A stretch of 64,000 bases of DNA from Stylophora pistillata (taxonomy: Eukaryota), in NCBI RefSeq assembly GCF_002571385.2, contig NW_019218320.1, positions 111,199-175,198 on the forward strand, written 5' to 3'. The translations under genes were made by a program, and so were the position numbers. Below the pieces are notes generated by a model, which saw nothing but the letters and a program-made list of their open reading frames with translations, made no database searches and had not been told where the DNA came from. Shown piece by piece: positions 24,093 through 36,084 of the stretch; within the stretch, counting starts at the first letter, position 1, and each line of letters starts with the position of its first letter.

Positions 24093-25121
24093 ATGGGGAA
24101 AGACTTCTACAAAATCCTAGGGGTCTCAAAAACAGCTACGAACGATGAAATCAAGAAAGCTTACCGAAAACTCGCTTTAAAATGGCACCCGGATAAGAAC
24201 AAGAGCCCAGGAGCAGAGGACAAATTCAAAGAAATTTCCGAAGCATACGATGTCCTCAGTAACAAGGAAAAAAGAGAAATCTTCGACAAGTACGGAGAAG
24301 AAGGACTACATGGTGTTCCTAATGGTGGAACTGACAGCAACATGCATTTTCAAGGCGGACCAGGTTTCGAACGAACATTCGTCTTCACGAATGGAAATGC
24401 ACGCGAAACTTTTGCTCGAGCGTTTGGAAATGACGACGAATTTGCGGACCTTATTGGCGGTCTAGGGGGATTTAGCTTCTTCAGTGATAGAAAGGCAGGC
24501 CCGACATTTAACGGTATGGGAAATTTCATGTTCGACACCGATGGCATTGCGCCTCAAACGAAGAAACAAAAAATTCAAGATCCCACGATCGAGAAAGATC
24601 TATTGGTGAGTCTGGAGGAACTTTTGAATGGCTGCACGAAAAAGATGAAGATATCACGGAAAGTTCTAGACGATCGTGGCTTTTTCAGCACGGAAGAGAA
24701 AATATTGACAGTGAATGTCAAGCCCGGATGGAAGGCAGGAACCAAAATCACTTTTCCCAAAGAGGGTGATCGTAAACCTGGTATCGTCCCTGCTGATGTG
24801 GTTTTCATAGTCAAAGACAAACCGCATGCTAAGTTTGCAAGGGACAGCAACAATAACATAATCTACGCAGCAGACATCTCTCTTAGAGATGCCCTGACCG
24901 GTGGACTAACCGAGGTTCCTACAATTGATGGTCGAAAGATAAAAATGAGGTTAAGTGGCATCGTAAATCCTGATTCTTCACAACGAATTCAGGGTGAAGG
25001 TCTCCCACTGCCTAAAAATCCCTCGAAGAGGGGTGACTTGATCGTCAAGTACAACATCCGATTTCCAGATCAGCTATCCTCAGTTCAGAGAGACATTTTA
25101 TTGGATACATTACCAAGATGA
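24093..25121 (+). CDS. Class B J-protein (Hsp40, DNAJB1/4/5-like), intronless, 342 aa
   Basis: [20 protein letters not shown]-domain, G/F region, C-terminal [13 protein letters not shown] and [25 protein letters not shown] motifs. Confidence 0.96.
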   Translation: MGKDFYKILGVSKTATNDEIKKAYRKLALKWHPDKNKSPGAEDKFKEISEAYDVLSNKEKREIFDKYGEEGLHGVPNGGTDSNMHFQGGPGFERTFVFTNGNARETFARAFGNDDEFADLIGGLGGFSFFSDRKAGPTFNGMGNFMFDTDGIAPQTKKQKIQDPTIEKDLLVSLEELLNGCTKKMKISRKVLDDRGFFSTEEKILTVNVKPGWKAGTKITFPKEGDRKPGIVPADVVFIVKDKPHAKFARDSNNNIIYAADISLRDALTGGLTEVPTIDGRKIKMRLSGIVNPDSSQRIQGEGLPLPKNPSKRGDLIVKYNIRFPDQLSSVQRDILLDTLPR

Positions 25122-28039
25122 TGTTGAAACAAAACAAAAAAACTTCGAATTCGTGTGATGCTGTAAATAGTTACCGTTTGTTCAATGATATGATGTATAA
25201 TGAATTAATAATATAATATTTTTGATCAGGGCCATTTTTTCTCTTGTCGTTACTCTTGATTTAAATTTGCAAGGCTCGGTATCTTAAGATATTTTAAGAA
25301 TATTATTTTGGACTTAGCTATTAATAGAAAGTATGGTGGATATAGACATGTTTTTTTCAGCTCCTTAAGTTGATATTGAAAAAAAAAAAAGTTCTAGATA
25401 TTGAAAAAAAATACTGTAGATATTGAAAAAGATTTCCAGAATAATATATAGAACAAATCCTTTCACTGTCTCAATTTTTTTTAAACTATTTTCATACGGT
25501 ATTTATTCAAGGTACTCTGTGCCAGTGGCATGTGCAGTTGTTAGTGTTTTTCAAATAAACCTGGTCATGTGATCTAGTGCTGATCGTGTTGTTTATTTCT
25601 TATTTGTTTTTGTTTAGATTAAATCACTACATCTGATTCACTATCAACATTATATGCCATTTAACAAATATGTCCCATGTTGCCGTGCATCTGTTCAGAA
25701 ATAGATCACTGGTGATGTCAAAATGTGGTTGGAACAAAAAAGTGGCACATGAGATGCCGCCAAGTGTGTCACTGACGTTTTTACCAAATTTTGACGTATT
25801 TTGTGATCTATTACGGTACAGCCTTGCGGCAACACAAAATATATTTGCTTTCTTTGACAAGAAGGATCTAATGTTGTTGGTGGCAACATTTTTTGTTTTT
25901 TTTCAGATTTTTCTAATAATTGTAGTACAACATCCAAAGGTTTTTATTCAACTCAGTGCCTTCCTTCATGATTGCTCAAATGTGATGTTAACCTCCATGA
26001 TGTGATAATTCTAAATTTTCTTTCTTTTTCCATTCATCATTTCCCCATACTATCCACATTTTATGTCTAAAATTAAATTTACATGTTTTTCTCTAAATTC
26101 AACCCACTACTTTGCAGTGATATCAGTTTATGTGTGGTATTTACTCCCTGGTAGCACATGAGTCCCATTATATTTCCCTTGATGACCAACTCTCTTAAAA
26201 AAGAATGTTGTCATGTAAGGCATAAGAAAATGACTAATTTGCACATTCTGAGCTTTGCGGGTAGACATTTACCTGCTTAGATTGTGAAACATGAGCAATT
26301 AATCCTAAAATAGTGTGAAAATATCAGAGATGTTTCCAAAAATAGGATATGATATTTGGAAAGATCACTGAAAGTTTTAAATAATCTACACACAGCAAAT
26401 ATCAAAGCTAGCTGGTAGAACTTTTTTTCAACTTCTAGAAAATTATATGAAATCTTAATTGAAACATGTGGTCTTCCTAGATCAAGGTCCATAAAATGTA
26501 TTGGTTTTCAGAGAATTGGCACTTCAAATGTTTTCATTTGTTAGAAGTACAATGCAAAACTCTTTGAAAGCTAGCTTTTAAGGACTTTATCTAAAATTAT
26601 ATTTCTTTCCATTGCCTGGATCAGCTTCATACCATCACTTAGTTGTGATTTGAACAACTGTATAGACTGTAATAAACATAAATAAATCCAGAGGATTTCT
26701 TTAATAAGTAAAGTTGGAGTATGTGTCTTTGCTGGATGACAAAAGTTCACACTGCCTAGGAAAACCAGTAGCCTTTGTTAATAGAACACTGTCAAATGCT
26801 ACTGTTGTTGTAACTTCTTGTTTTCTAACTTTTTTTTTTAAGCGAATGTGGCTAACGGGAAAAGAGGCTTATAGCCAGAGTGACAGGGAAGAGTTTACCA
26901 GTGTTCACATCACCATTGTAGAAGTGATTGGTTGAGAAAACAACCAAAGGTTGAGGAAGCAACCAAAGACAAGGAGAAATTTGTTTAACAATCAAGAGCT
27001 TCTTGAGTTGGTGATCATTTCCTTAATTCTCATGACCTTGATGTGTGATTCAGGGACGATATTGTAGGAAGAAATTAGATGTTGGTCACTTTCAGCAGTT
27101 AAAGGGTTAAAAGCAAATCATGCTATAGTTTATCATGGGAATTCCCTGACCATGTGCAACATACTGTTTCAATGTTTCCACCCAGGCCAGACCTGACTGA
27201 ATAATTGATCACATTGGAAATTTTCCTTGATTCCTAAGTTCAAAATGGTTGGAACGCAAAGGAAAGTCAAGCACTGTCAGATCCCAAAACCCTAACAATA
27301 ACATCAAACAAATAATTCTGTTGGCTTTCACAAGAAGTCATCTCTACCAGCTTAGTTATCTCTTCATGCAAAGTAAAAAACTCCACATGCAATTGCTCTA
27401 AGCTACTCTTTTATTTTATTTTATGTTATTATTATTTTTTTTGTAGTGCTATGATAGTGACAGCTAGGATACTAGTCTGATTAGACACTTAGGAGTAATG
27501 TTTCCTAAAGATATTTTTGAACCAGAAGGTGGGGCTGACATTTAGCCCTTTTCACTCCCAGAAGTAAACACCACCCAGCTTCTCTCCATAAAGTTAATTG
27601 CATTGTAAAGAAAAGAAATGAATGTAGAGATTTGATGAAATCATCACCTCAAGTATAATGACCTCATTTCATACCAATTTCTTTCCTGATATGAGAAACA
27701 TATTAGCCCCTTGATTTGCAATAAGATAGAACCAGAACAGTCTGGCATCAAAAGTGGGAAGTTATTTACTGGAAGTATATGTCACAGAATGGGTTGGTGA
27801 GAGACAAAACTGATAGTAATTTTAACAACACGTCTGTAGTAATCACTACTCAAGATCATTGCTTTGTATGAAGAAAGACACCACACTCTTCCGTGCTACT
27901 ACTGATAATAATTGAAAACTTGCAACATTTGAACTACATCATGCAGGATTGGGGATTGCCATGATACCTTTGCAAAATTATTTTCAATCAGGATAACCTC
28001 AGGTAATTGGGTATTACTCCAAAGAATCTGAAAGCTTAC

Positions 28040-28385
28040 TAATAATAATAGTAATAATAATAATTGTCACTGCTAATCGCCGTCGCAAAGTACAGCAATG
28101 ACGCAGCTCAACAAGGTCGAACTGAAAGCTTACAATGGCGCCTCTGGCAGCCGCTATGCGGTCCATGTGTGACCTTGGAGCACAGCTTACAGCCAGCTGG
28201 AATCAGCTGTATGTTGGTTTTTGGTGAGGGAGGAAAACCAGAGAACCCGGAGAAAAACCCTCGGAGCAGAGAAGAGAACCAACACAAATTCAACCCACTT
28301 ATGCCATTGGATCCAGGAGTCGAACCTGGGCCACATTGGTGGGAGGCGAGTGCTCTCTCCACTACGCCATCCCTGCTTCCCTACG
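28040..28385 (-). mobile_element. tRNA-derived SINE with V-domain-like core and (AAT)n tail
   Basis: Minus strand has a tRNA head (GGCGTAGTGGAGAGAGCACTCGCCTCCCACCAATGTGGCCCAGGTTCGACTCC) and the core GGTTTTTCTCCGGGTTCTCTGGTTTTCCTCCC; TAA repeats at 28040-28063. Confidence 0.75.
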
Positions 28386-28596
28386 CCATCCCTGCTTCCC
28401 TAAACTTTTTATTCTAAATAAAATACCCTTTTTGTCTAAACTAGTTCCAAAAATTTTTTTTTCATTAATTCTCGATGTTTGATATCAATTTTCTTAATTC
28501 TCCTTGCCTCAATCTCCAACTTGTTTATCAAAAAATGTACAGGGAATTTATGTATTACTCATTTCTGGGAGTGGAGAGTTTACAAATATTTGGTAT

Positions 28597-28876
28597 GGTA
28601 AAGTCTGTTTACGAGCCTAGTGGCCCATTAGGCCGGTGCTTAACTCCGGTTTCTGTAGCATGAAGTGACTAGGAGTATTTCTACTCCCCCCTGGATGGGA
28701 TGCCAGTCCATTGCAGGGTTACCCCCAGCATTAAATTGCTGGTACCCATTTATACACCTGGGTGAAGAGAGGCACTGTGAAAGTAAATTGTCTTGCCTAA
28801 GAACACAACACAATGTCCTGGCTGGGGCTTGAACCCGGAGTCGAGTGCACCAACCACGAGGCCACCGCCCCTCCAC
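28597..28876 (-). mobile_element. tRNA-derived SINE with Meta-domain-like core
   Basis: Minus strand: GGTGGCCTCGTGGTTGGTGCACTCGACTCCGGGTTCAAGCCC head, then TGTGTTGTGTTCTTAGGCAAGACA..CACCCAGGTGTATAAATGGGTACC. Confidence 0.72.
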
Positions 28877-30051
28877 TTACAAATAATTGACCCCCTTTTA
28901 ATTTTATTTTACAAAACTTTACCAACAATTTTCAAAACAAGTAAAGTGTAATTTATTGATGTAAATGCAATTTTAGATGCATTCACACATTTGAATTATA
29001 CCTTATCATTGAGTCAATAACATAAATTTTCCGAAGAAAACACCACACTAAGCTTGGAAAAAGTAGAGCAAACAAAAAGCCACTTATGACAACAACACAA
29101 TCACACCCAATCTAATAAAAATTTCAATAAAACCTACAAAACAATCTCATTTTAAAATTTTATAATACAGCATTCTGTCACGAAAATCTACCAACCATAA
29201 CATGCTGGACTTTGTTGATTTATCAACAAATATTTTGCTCACTGACATTCCTAATATTTACTATTGGAACTGTGAATGTGCTATTGATTTAAAAATCGCC
29301 AATTTTAACACTTTATGTTACACAAAATCTAAGCTAATTTTAACACCCAGCAATCCACAATGCAAAAAGAATAACATATTTTATACAACAATACACCCTA
29401 TCCCCTAAATATTTTACTTTTTCTACAATCGTAGGTCCATAAGATAAATATTATGCATATATTAACTCTATACAGTTCAAGCCAATGCTTTGTTACCCAA
29501 TAAATCAAAGTGCAGCTAGCTAAACCTGCTTTGTCAACTTCTTATTAGCCTCACATACATTATATGAAGCTGCATTCTGACAAACAAAGGCATTTTTTTT
29601 GTCAAAACAACAATATAACTGTTATAATTTATAATGTTGACTCATTCGCTAAAAAACTTCCGTGGTTTTCTCTCTAGTTGCTACCAACACATGGATAAAA
29701 GAGCTCAAAATATAGGTATGAATTTCAAAAAAGTTGAGGATTGTTTTTGCTTAAGAAAAAGCCACAATAAAAAGTTTACAAGGGAAATGGATATACAATG
29801 AAAGAGAGCAACTGTAGTAATGTTTTAACACCAAAAAAAATGACTTAAGTCACATGAAGATCAGTTATGAATAGAGATGTGCCATAATTTGCGTATCAAT
29901 TAAGCAAGAAAAATATCATTTGAAAAATATATGATTTAAACAACCTATACAAAAAATACATTCATCATTCTACCAACTGGAAATAATCTTTCTATCGTTG
30001 GTACTTTTCCACACTATCCTTAATATACTCTCGGCTTGTACACATATTGTT

Positions 30052-32955
30052 CTAAAAACAACCGGCAATATGTTGTCTCTGTTCCATCGTCAAATTTGTA
30101 GGAATCTCTACATCAAATGTCACTATCATATCGCCTCTTTTTCCCGGATATTTTGGAAGAGGGAGGCCTTCATTTGGAACTCTTTTTTGTGTTCCTGGCT
30201 GAATAACTTCATTCAGCTGCACTGCTAGGACTCTTCCATTAATAGTTGGAATCTGAAGCACACATCCACGAAGGACATCAATCAGGTTCACTTTTGCTGT
30301 ATAGAGGAGATTGTTTTCAGCATCTCTCCTAAAATACTGATGGGGTTTGTCACCGATAACAAATATTATGTCTGCTGGAATTACACCTGGTTTCTGATCT
30401 CCATGCCGTTCAAAGGTTACTTTTGTTCCAGCCTTCCAGCCAGGTTTTACCTCAATTGTCAGAATTTTTTCTTCCTGAGAAGCCTGTCCACTGGAAGATA
30501 AGACTTGTCTGTTCAGTTTTAGTCGTTTTGTGCATCCAGTTGCAAGTTCTTCTAGAGTAACTTGTATGTTGGTCTCAATAGGAGGATCTTGAACAGTTTG
30601 TTTCTTAAATGGATCAGGGCAAGGGAAGTCAAAATCATCATCACCGAAATGTTTAAAACCTCCAAATGTTGATGTGTTATGTGTGGTGGAGAACAAGCGT
30701 GAGAAATTGGAGTGAAATCCTCCATCCATGAAGTCTGTAAAAGAAAAGAAATATATGCAATCAAAAATGTGACCAAGTACATTTACTTTGTCTTCATGTG
30801 AAAAGATTACTGCTAAAAGAAACTACAATTCAACCTAAATTATGTGCTCTCGGAGTCTCGTAAATTAGTTTAAAAACTCTAACTACATACTTTCCATTTC
30901 CAAAACATGTAGTTAAAAACAATGCTTCTAGTTGGAAATAAGATTTGGCAGAAGTACATGCATGTATTAGGTATTGGGGCTGACTACCATAATTCTAATA
31001 AAACTGAAGATTAAATGAAGAGAACTATCTGGTTCAGTGTACTGGAAACGTTCCAGAAGAAATGGAATTTTGAGACATGTTGCATTGTTTTTACACTTTG
31101 AACACACCAGGAAATTGGGGTTCTGATTTGTCACATCCATGAAAATGAAATTGCTTCCATAAGAAACTTCCAGACTGAAATAATTTCATTCCTTTTTATT
31201 TGGTTTCAAAGATGGTGTAAACAAGGAACTAATATTAATTGCCAGAGTGTTATTGCTTTCACAAGATGAAACTGCTTTAACCCCTAATTAAATGGAAGAT
31301 TCTAGAACGGGGAAGTTGGCAATTTTCATTAGCACACGAGTGTTGATGAGTTCAAATGCACTCAGTAATTTACTTAATTTTCGAAAATAGGCCTACAACT
31401 GCCATTAGTTATTTCTTGAATCAAGGTCTGCTGTGACTCTTTAAAGGAAAATGAAGGGAGGTGGTTGATATGTAGCTAATGATGGCGTTACGCAATTTCA
31501 TGGCCCTTCAGTTGATTGTATCACTGAAGCAAAACTATGTCAGAAATGGAAACATTATCCAAATGCTACTTGAGGGAGATTTTTACAATAAACTAATTCA
31601 TCACAGCTTTTCAGCAGGAATTTGATATTTGGCAAATTCAACAAGGTTTGTATTTTGAAGCGACAATCAGAATAGAAACAAAGCGAAAACCAATCACAAA
31701 AATTGTCAATATATACGTTGTAGTCGAGAGAAAATTCCAGAATCATCGGATATGCTTGAAAAACGACAAACATGCAAAGTGTTCAGAGTTAAAAATTGTA
31801 ATGAAAGCCATAACCTGCCAATTCAAGATTTTTGCGTTTGCACTTCTGTACAAACCGACAAAATTCAGTAGAACACGTATTTCAGGAGATGCACAGTTGA
31901 CAACAAACTAGTAAAGTTAGAGACCGCCGACTGTTGTTCCACTTAAACGAATTTTTTTTCGAGAAATAAATAGTAACACGTTGATCTGGTCAAGCCACCC
32001 TTATAAGTGCGTCAGGCATAACTTAATACCAAGAAACTACGTAAATGCTGAGCGCAATGCTTGCCGACGAAGATTAAAACCCTTACACTTATCAGTAAAT
32101 AACAGAAAATACATTGATGAAACAACCAGGTTAGGGTTTTGAAACCTCAAATCGAACGATTCATCGTAGGCGAAAATTTTGTATTTAATTTCCAAAAATT
32201 AGAATACTTGACAAGATCCCAATAAAAATAGTGACACACAAGCTCAAATCGAAATCTAACTGGTCCGAAAAGAGTGCAATATCAACAAGATAAAAATATA
32301 GAAGTTTCTAGAAAACGCGCAAGACATATTGTATTCTAGTTTTCATGACAGTTCGATTCGAGTTGAGCGATCTCGGCAACCACGCGCAGAATTTTACCAA
32401 ACTAAATGTAACTAAATATCATACAAAACTCAAGCTATACATCAACAGTCTTTCTTGAATTTATTTTGAGGTAAAATGTACCAGTGTAGTAAATTCAGAC
32501 AAAAACATCTGTAACCACTCGGTTTATTAATACCATCTATTCTCGATGATATCGTTAAGAAGCTCAGATGGACGACTTTGAACTATGTAGGACAAATTCA
32601 CACTTGAATCTACTCTCTCAATAATAAAAATCCATCACCTACCTGAAAACTGTAAATCAGCATCATCGCCAAAGACATCGCGGAAAATGTTCACGGGGTC
32701 TGTGAATGCACCGAAACCAAACCCGCCACATTCGTTCTTAAGCCCTTCTTCGCCATATGCATCGAATATTCGTCGTTTGTCCGGATCTGTTAGCACTGAG
32801 TAAGCCTCAGATATTCTTTTGAACTGTTCTTCTGCTCCAGGGCTCTTATTCTTGTCCGGATGAAATAGAAGAGCTTGCCGTTTATATGCCTTCTTGATGT
32901 CTTCCTCCGAGGCATTTCGGGGAACCCCAAGAACTGAATAAAAGTCTCTCCCCAT
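30052..32955 (-). CDS. Class B J-protein (DNAJB1/4/5-like), 2 exons, 331 aa
   Basis: Exon 1 32955-32643 (J-domain, ALLFHPDKN), GT..AG intron, exon 2 30734-30052 in frame (G|AC TTC ATG); C-terminal [13 protein letters not shown] and GLPLPKYPGKRGDMIVTFDV motifs. Confidence 0.93.
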
Positions 32956-33131
32956 ATACGCCTTCTGTTCACTACTAGCTCAACTCTCCGAATAAATCTC
33001 GGAACAAGGAATAGCTGTTCCACTGAAAAGATATCAAGCAGAAATCAAGGTATACGCACAAAGCGTGGACACTGGGTTCTTTCGAAATCGTTTACCAACT
33101 AACACAATTGGTTTCATGTCGAATAGTGGAT

Positions 33132-33465
33132 CGAATGTTCTGGAAACAGTAATAACCATGTAACCGCGCACGAAAAACAATTCATGTGAGTGGGGGAGCC
33201 CACGGGTTCGTCCAGGCGTTTACCTTCTACGTATTTCGCCCCCCCCTAGCCAAGCTTCCCTCCTTGGAAAACATTATAAGCTAAAATTTAAAGTTTTTAT
33301 GATTTTATATTCTCTCAAGCAATTTTTTAAAGGAGTTTATCGGATGATAGCTCGCTGAAAAACTATGTGCAAAAATTTTCCCCTCCCACCCCAATGGTGT
33401 CACTTTTGTCACTCAGCTGGATACCGAAACACGCCAAGTGGTCACGAATTTGAATGTTCTCGAAG
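33132..33465. promoter_or_regulatory. Two perfect 3-unit HSEs in the second head-to-head intergenic region
   Basis: cGAAtgTTCtgGAAa at 33132-33146 and tGAAtgTTCtcGAAg at 33451-33465, each about 170-190 bp from one ATG. Confidence 0.75.
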
Positions 33466-33632
33466 TGTGTTTGTACTTGAGAAGGTTTATTTGTTTCTTT
33501 ACCGCCTGATTTTTCGTTCAGATAATTCACAATTGTTACGCGTGATTACTTGGAGCAAACACGTGTTTGCTTCTCATGTCGTTATTATATAACTGAATTT
33601 ATTTTGAACGGAAAAATCTCGAGCGAAACAAC

Positions 33633-34382
33633 ATGGCGTCGGGTGGAAGCAACAGGGACAGATTTCCACAGTTTACATCGTCGAACTATGAAATCCCCTC
33701 ATGGCAGGTAGAATGGAATAAGCCATGGTATCAGCAGTTTCAGGAGAATCGAAATGCCCAAAGCAAGTACAATTCGAGGGGACATGTTGTAAATTGTAAG
33801 TGCTCGCTATGCGAAGAAGACATGGAATCTGCATTTAGCCCTCAAGAGAGTGGCGTAGCACATAATTTTAAACTTTCTAGAGACGAGATCGGAGGAGGTA
33901 CACTTCCTCCGAATGAAAAGAAGGAACGGCCGCAAAACCAAAGAACGGAAAATGTGATTTTATTCTCCGATTTGCCGGAAGTTGTACCATCAACGTCAGC
34001 GTCTGCTAAAACCGAAGTTCCCGACGAAATTCATGTAAGTGCGTCATCACAGAACAGTTCCAACTCGTCAGCAGTATTCGAAAGTTCTACGAACATCGAC
34101 ACAGACGCATTATTTAATAACTTTGGCAATCTATCTGCTATTCAATCGATATCGGATCGAGTTACAGATCTACAAACGCAAGTGAATAATTTCTCGGGTG
34201 AGAAAGACAGTCGTGAGTTCGTAGTCTTGAGAGGTTTGCTTGTGGCCACCCAGGCCGAACTGAACCGTATCGACGCAGTCGGCATCAGATGGCTCCAGCA
34301 GGCAAAAATTATCGCTATGGAGTCGATTCACGATCTGCTGAACCAATTAAATAGCAAAATCAGAGAAGAAGACGACTATTGA
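33633..34382 (+). CDS. Divergent BAG-domain-like protein, intronless, 249 aa
   Basis: C-terminal LSAIQSISDRVTDLQTQVNNFSGEKDSREFVVLRGLLVATQAELNRIDAVG..IHDLLNQL aligns without gaps to the BAG domain of 22668-23534; good Kozak context ACAACATGG. Confidence 0.75.
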   Translation: MASGGSNRDRFPQFTSSNYEIPSWQVEWNKPWYQQFQENRNAQSKYNSRGHVVNCKCSLCEEDMESAFSPQESGVAHNFKLSRDEIGGGTLPPNEKKERPQNQRTENVILFSDLPEVVPSTSASAKTEVPDEIHVSASSQNSSNSSAVFESSTNIDTDALFNNFGNLSAIQSISDRVTDLQTQVNNFSGEKDSREFVVLRGLLVATQAELNRIDAVGIRWLQQAKIIAMESIHDLLNQLNSKIREEDDY

Positions 34383-35957
34383 AGAACATTGAAATCTCGT
34401 GATTCTACGCACGCTTCAAATACCATTGTTTTATCATCGCTAATTAATTTTTGTTGATAACATCCGGCCCAATCACCGCATGAAAGTTCTTCGAGAAGTT
34501 TCGAAAACGTGATCGTAAAAACACCTGATGTGCATCGCGAGACTTTTTACGCGACGTGGACCTACCAGGTGGGCCGGGAAAGTAATCTCTAGAAACGTAC
34601 TGTTGTATGTAAAAGCCGGGCTTATTTCAAGGTGGTCATATTTGTATGACTCAGCGAACCATCTTCAATATCAAAAGGAATGCAGATATCACAGCGCCAA
34701 TACTTTGGAGCTGTCCATAAGATACTGTACAAGGACTGATATTGCCTTCGGGGTTTTTCGATGGTATAAATAAGTAAGAATTAAAAGGAATCGACTTTCC
34801 TAGAGACTTCTGTCGGCTTTTTGTCCTCATTTTTTCTTAATGAAAGTTACCTTTTGTAACGTAAGGAGAAGGACTTAGTTCTATTAGCACTTTTAGACAT
34901 ACTGATATTCCCTTGGTTAATTGGAGAAAAAAATTCCGTGAAAATGTGGTACATCAGTGTTAACTTTGGTATTCCTCTTATGAGGAACTAAATGATATCA
35001 CGAAATTGAGATTCGATTAATTTTCCTGAGATCTGATATGGCACGTGCCGTTGCATCTCATTTTACGACGCCGGATTGTCATCCGGTTTAAATGGAAATT
35101 CGAGGAATTTTGTTGAGGCCAAGGCGTCTTTGACTGTGGCTAAAAACAGTCTTGCAACACACCATTTCATTAAAGAAAATCCCGATCAAGAGTCTGATGT
35201 AAGGGGCCGACCATTGAACTTTTGAGGGGGGCGTGGGTGATTTTGAAAACAAATTTCCTGCAAGCGCTTGTTGGAAGAAAAAAATTGCATGCAATGGTAC
35301 ACTGCGAGGGCCGTTCGAGGTTACACGAATTGTGCCGTGAAGCGTGCATTCGAAAAATGATAAGAATTATTTTAGAGAAGTGATCACAACAGAAGCCTTA
35401 GTGTGGGCATGTAAAGATATAAGAGGCGTTTCCAGGTCTACTGCTTTCGCCCTTCGGAGAGCTCTTGAGAGGGAAATTACTTCCGTCGCTTGCAACTTTC
35501 CAAGGGTCGTTGCGTTCGAAGGACTGCTGAACTCTGGATTTCCTAACAAAAGTGACTTTATTTACCTTCTTTTGAGCTTTCCACGGTAGTTTCTAGCCAA
35601 ATGCAAGAGAAACGAACAAATCTATGATTTCCTCTTGCTGAAAGATGAAATGGGAATATGATCGACGCCTTCAATAGTAGAGCCAGGATGGAAAGTAAAG
35701 ACTTCATTTTACTGAGGAAAATATGCGAAAGTAAGAATTTGCAAGAGAAACACTCTCCCTTAAATAAACGCCCACCCCAACCAATGACCACCCTCCCCCG
35801 ATAAGCGCCTTTGGCCATAACAGCTAATAAATATATCATTCCTCGACCCGTTCCGGTTTCCTTAATGATACAGACACCAGGGAAATCTGCTTCTTTCGTC
35901 TCTTGTGTTCGTTCATTATCGACTGCATCAGCATCAGCGCATTTGACAGAGGAGCCC

Positions 35958-36084
35958 GGCCCCCAAAAACCCGAAAACCAAAGTGATCGCAACAGCCAGT
36001 GGCCCCCAAAAAACCGAAAACCAAAGTGATCGCAACAGCCAGTGGCCCCCAAAAAACCGAAAACCAAAGTGATCGCAACAGCCA
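35958..36084 (+). repeat. 43-bp tandem repeat, 3 copies
   Basis: GGCCCCCAAAAA(A/C)CCGAAAACCAAAGTGATCGCAACAGCCAGT at 35958, 36001 and 36044. Confidence 0.92.
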
